This document shows positions 60,671 to 64,000 of a stretch of 64,000 bases of DNA, piece by piece. Source of the DNA: Allocoleopsis franciscana PCC 7113 (GTDB lineage Bacteria; Cyanobacteriota; Cyanobacteriia; Cyanobacteriales; Coleofasciculaceae); assembly GCF_000317515.1 (NCBI RefSeq), contig NC_019738.1, positions 1,745,623 through 1,809,622 of the forward strand, in the 5' to 3' direction. The translations under genes were made by a program, and so were the position numbers. The first letter of the stretch is position 1. Each line of letters starts with the position of its first letter. The notes beneath the pieces were generated by a model, which saw nothing but the letters and a program-made list of their open reading frames with translations, was not told the DNA's origin and searched no databases.

Positions 60671-61732
60671 GTGGAACACAATCAACAGGATTGGGAACCA
60701 GAGAAAACATGGATTTTTGCGGTAGGAATTCTCGAATGGGAATATGGAGAAACCTGGGCACCTTTCCCAGATGCGGTGGAAGGTCGGTTTGATGAAAAAC
60801 TCGTCGATTTCTTCTATTCTAAGGGAGTTCCAGAGGAACAAATCGTTTACTTGCAAGATGGAGAGGCGACTTTAGATCAGATTCAAGAAAGCTTGACTGA
60901 ACTGTTGTCGAATACCAACGAAGATGACTTATTTATTTTGTATTTTGCGGGTCACGGAGATTGGGATTCTGAATCAGGTGAACATTATTTTATCAATTAC
61001 GATGCCAACCCCGACGACCGAGATAACTATTGGTCTATTCCTTCAATTTATGACGACATTGAGAGCAATTTCAATGGCTCTAAAGTGTTGCTTTTGGCGG
61101 ATTGTTGCTTTTCTGGGGGGTTGATTGATGAACTGAAAAAGCGAGAGACAGACCTTGCTTATGCTTGTGTGACTTCAGCTTATTCTCATAACAGTTCAAC
61201 GGGTGAGTGGACGTTCACAGAGGCTTTATACAAGGGTTTGTTGGGCGATCCAGTGGTTGATTTAGATGGCGATCATATCGTGACGCTCTATGATTTTGCT
61301 CGATATGCTGAATTGGAAATGGCTTTTATCGAGGAACAAAAATCGATGTTTCTCACCACCCATGATTTTGACCCGCAGATGCAGTTAGCCAGTGTGTCAG
61401 ATGAGATTGAACCCATAGAGGGAAAGCGGGTAGAGGTTGAGTACGAAGAAGAATGGTATAAAGCGAAGACTCTGGAACGAAATAATGGTGAAACTTTAAT
61501 TCAGTATCTTGGCTATGATCAGGAACAAGAATGGGTGGACGAGGAGCGAATTCGTCCCTACAAACCGGAAATGTTTGGCATTGGTGAAGCGGTAGAGGTG
61601 GAATATGGAGAAGAATGGTATTCTGCCACTGTAAAAAAGGCTTGGTATGGCCTCCACTGTGTCAGTTATGATGATTTTTCGGAAGAGTGGGATGAATGGG
61701 TAGGGAGCGATCGCATCCGAGAACCCCAATAG
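60671..61732 (+). CDS. Caspase-family (peptidase C14/orthocaspase-like) domain fused to two C-terminal Tudor/Agenet-like repeats
   Basis: Catalytic dyad context LFILYFAGHGD (His) and VLLLADCCFSGG (Cys). The C-terminus has two copies of a motif of about 50 aa: KRVEVEYEEEWYKAKTL...IQYLGYDQEQEWVDEERIRPYK and EAVEVEYGEEWYSATVKK...VSYDDFSEEWDEWVGSDRIREPQ. Confidence 0.65.
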   Translation: MEHNQQDWEPEKTWIFAVGILEWEYGETWAPFPDAVEGRFDEKLVDFFYSKGVPEEQIVYLQDGEATLDQIQESLTELLSNTNEDDLFILYFAGHGDWDSESGEHYFINYDANPDDRDNYWSIPSIYDDIESNFNGSKVLLLADCCFSGGLIDELKKRETDLAYACVTSAYSHNSSTGEWTFTEALYKGLLGDPVVDLDGDHIVTLYDFARYAELEMAFIEEQKSMFLTTHDFDPQMQLASVSDEIEPIEGKRVEVEYEEEWYKAKTLERNNGETLIQYLGYDQEQEWVDEERIRPYKPEMFGIGEAVEVEYGEEWYSATVKKAWYGLHCVSYDDFSEEWDEWVGSDRIREPQ

Positions 61733-61790
61733 TTTTGCACAGCCAAGCTACCACTGCTGAAAAATGGAATATTTTCGGATTTTGTTAAAG

Positions 61791-63573
61791 CCCACATTCC
61801 GCCCTTTGACTGTCACAAGTAGATAATTTAGTGGAGGCAATCGAGGCAAACGCAACGTAAGTGGAGTTAAAGATAGCCTAGCCAGCTTTTTGGCCGAAAC
61901 AGGATAATTGAACGGGAGTGGAAGGGCTAAGTCTTGGGGAGGGGGTGTGAAAGCAGCAGAAATGCAGGTAATGAACCTCGACCACTTGGGTCTGGTGGCA
62001 GGTATTATTGACGAAATCGGGCTGGTGGAACAAATAGACCTGCGGTTGGGGCAAGACAGCCGAGGAAAAGTCAGTGCAGGTCTTGTGGTCAAAGCAATGA
62101 TTCTCAACGGACTGGGCTTTGTGTCAGCCCCACTGTACTTATTTAGTCGATTTTTTGAAGGGAAAGCTACAGAACACCTGATTGGAACCGGAGTCAAGCC
62201 AGAACATCTCAATGATGACCGCCTGGGACGAGTGCTTGATGAACTGTTCCTGGCAGGACTAACCCGTTGCTTCGTCAGCATTGCCATGAAAGCTATCGCC
62301 AAGTTTGGAGTGAGTATTGAGACAGCGCACTTAGACTCGACCTCATTTCATCTGCATGGCGAGTATGAAACAGCCAATGACGAAGTGGTAGTCACTCAAA
62401 AGACAGAAGATGGCACAAGAGTAGAAATTGAGGTAGCGCCGAAAGCGATTCACCTAACGTATGGATATTCTCGTGACCATAGAAGTGACCTCAAACAATT
62501 CGTGATGAATCTGATATGTGGTGGAGAGGGTGGTATACCGTTATTTTTAGAGATGGCAGATGGCAATCAAGACGACAAGACAAAGTTTGCCCATCTGTTT
62601 GAGGAGTTTCAGAAACAGTGGACTTTTGAGGGAATACACATAGCAGATAGTGCTTTGTACACTGCCGACAACCTCAAGCGGATGAAGCAGTTGAAATATC
62701 ACACCCTAGAAGCAGTAGAAATCATTGAGCAAGACCATTACTCCCAACCGGGAAGACCAGCAAAGCAAACTCGACCCACTCACAAAACCTATCACATTCA
62801 AGCCACATTGGTAGTCAATGAAACTGTCCTAGAACAACAAAGACAGCAAGCGGGACGATTCATTCTCGCCACCAATGTCCTAGACAAGGAACAATTGAAT
62901 AATGATGCAGTCCTGAGTGAGTACAAAGAGCAGCAGAGTACGGAACGGGGCTTTAGCTTTCTCAAAGACCCTCTGTTTTTTGCTGATAGTGTTTTCCTGA
63001 AAGACCCAGGTCGCATTGCTGCTGTAGGGATGGTTATGGGATTGTGTCTGTTGGTCTACAACTTGGGACAGGCAGCTTTACGTCAAGCCTTAGTTCAAGC
63101 TGATGAAAGCCTCCCTAATCAATTAAAAAAGCCGACTCAGCGTCCCACCCTCCGCTGGATATTTCAGTGTTTCCAAGCGGTGCATTTGTTAGTGATTGAT
63201 GGGGTTGAGCAAATTGCCAATCTTACCGATGAACGCTTAAAGATTTTGCGCTTTTTCTCTCAAGCTTGCCGGGACTACTATCTATTGTGCTGAGTTCTTC
63301 AAGTCATTGAAATACTTCAACAATTATTTCAGCAAAGTGATGCGTAGACGAGCTTTTTAGTTAACGCATCAGGCTTTTCCTGATAGGAAACAGTTCACTT
63401 TATGTTGCCAGTTACTTGACTTTTTATTGCTACTTGCTGCTTTTTGAGAACAAGCACCCGAAAAAAGTTAGCATCTCTCATCTCTAGAACGTTTCACTCG
63501 ATTGAACTGGCCTGTGTTAGCCTTCAGTTCCACACAATTATCCGCTTGTGACAGTCAAAGGGCGGAATGTGGG
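61791..63573 (+). mobile_element. Intact IS1634-like (IS4 superfamily) insertion sequence with 29-bp perfect terminal inverted repeats and 6-bp TTAAAG target-site duplication
   Basis: Left IR cccacattccgccctttgactgtcacaag (61791-61819); right IR cttgtgacagtcaaagggcggaatgtggg (63545-63573). ttaaag directly flanks both ends (61785-61790 and 63574-63579). A single transposase ORF lies inside. Confidence 0.8.
61908..63293 (+). CDS. IS1634/IS4-family DDE transposase
   Basis: 461 aa. N-terminal MNLDHLGLVAGIIDEIGLVEQIDLRL is typical of IS1634-family transposases. It sits between the terminal inverted repeats. Confidence 0.8.
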   Translation: MNGSGRAKSWGGGVKAAEMQVMNLDHLGLVAGIIDEIGLVEQIDLRLGQDSRGKVSAGLVVKAMILNGLGFVSAPLYLFSRFFEGKATEHLIGTGVKPEHLNDDRLGRVLDELFLAGLTRCFVSIAMKAIAKFGVSIETAHLDSTSFHLHGEYETANDEVVVTQKTEDGTRVEIEVAPKAIHLTYGYSRDHRSDLKQFVMNLICGGEGGIPLFLEMADGNQDDKTKFAHLFEEFQKQWTFEGIHIADSALYTADNLKRMKQLKYHTLEAVEIIEQDHYSQPGRPAKQTRPTHKTYHIQATLVVNETVLEQQRQQAGRFILATNVLDKEQLNNDAVLSEYKEQQSTERGFSFLKDPLFFADSVFLKDPGRIAAVGMVMGLCLLVYNLGQAALRQALVQADESLPNQLKKPTQRPTLRWIFQCFQAVHLLVIDGVEQIANLTDERLKILRFFSQACRDYYLLC

Positions 63574-63969
63574 TTAAAGGGTATCTGGGTCGATATTCAA
63601 CTCCCGTAGTTTCGCGGCTAATCGCTCAGCCCGTTGTGTTTCCTGTTCAGCCCGTTGTGTTTCCTGTTCAGCTCGTTGTGTTTCCTGTTCAGCTCGTTGT
63701 GTTGCCTGTTCAGCCCGTTGTATTTCTTGTTCGGCTACTTCTTCCGGTGTGGGAACTAGCTCACCTTCTGCGGTGAAAAAGCGTAATTGTCTTTGATGAA
63801 TTCCCAAATATAACTGTAGTTGTTGACTCCACAACAATCCTTGAGAATTAGGTTCTAGCGATTGGTATTCACCATCTAATAAATGGAATCCCTCAAATTC
63901 TAAGCTGTCCGGGTCAAACCAAAAGTAATCCGGTGTGCGAAATGTATCTTGATATATTTGCTTTTTCAA
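63574..63969 (-). CDS. C-terminal part of an Uma2-family-like protein with (QRAEQET)n repeats; probably 5'-partial because the N-terminus runs off the window
   Basis: RTPDYFWFDPDSLEFEGFHLLDGEYQSLEPN aligns with RIPYYGIYIVSHGTLEMYHLVNTSYERMTPN of the 56651-57478 product, and both end in L(G/N)IDxxxL. The stop codon lies inside the IS target duplication. Confidence 0.5.
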   Translation of the reverse strand: MKKQIYQDTFRTPDYFWFDPDSLEFEGFHLLDGEYQSLEPNSQGLLWSQQLQLYLGIHQRQLRFFTAEGELVPTPEEVAEQEIQRAEQATQRAEQETQRAEQETQRAEQETQRAERLAAKLRELNIDPDTL

Positions 63970-64000
63970 TCCTCTATCGGTGGCGGCTGTTGAAGAGGAG

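Overview
This 64 kb window looks like cyanobacterial chromosome. The octamer GCGATCGC (HIP1) recurs many times, STRR-like heptamer repeats are present, and the gene content is cyanobacterial (ndhF3-ndhD3-cupA CO2-uptake operon, clpC, plant-type ferredoxin, pentapeptide-repeat proteins, CHAT and caspase-like proteases, Uma2-family endonucleases). About two thirds of the window is housekeeping or otherwise recognisable: mfd, clpC, rsmE, yidD, dusA, nanE, cobN, the pncB-nadD-NUDIX NAD cluster, fructokinase, a BadF-type sugar kinase and a carotenoid oxygenase. Accessory or unusual content is interspersed with these. (1) A 5'-truncated, 1260-aa-plus secreted protein joins a haemagglutinin-type TPS-like N-terminal domain to a C-terminal CHAT protease domain through a roughly 730 bp near-perfect 27-bp tandem array encoding (T-T-T-P-T-P-T-G-G)n. 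(2) A compact three-gene cluster carries two paralogous DUF4139/TIGR02231-like proteins flanking a small helical protein with a degenerate HPt-like motif, next to a stand-alone response regulator and a GAF-containing hybrid histidine kinase. (3) cobN carries several in-frame insertions of short G/C-rich palindromic mini-repeats (family starting AGATCCCCCC) and a heptanucleotide STRR-like array; a third copy of the mini-repeat sits just after the cupA stop. (4) A dispersed repeat of about 75 bp occurs in two intergenic sites in opposite orientation. (5) A caspase-like peptidase is fused to tandem Tudor/Agenet-like domains next to a lipoprotein. (6) An intact IS1634-like insertion sequence has 29-bp terminal inverted repeats and a TTAAAG target duplication. 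(7) A 1.4 kb AT-rich non-coding island contains a well-signalled 50-codon ORF. I found no rRNA, tRNA or CRISPR array. All calls come from reading the sequence and the supplied ORF translations; no database search was possible.
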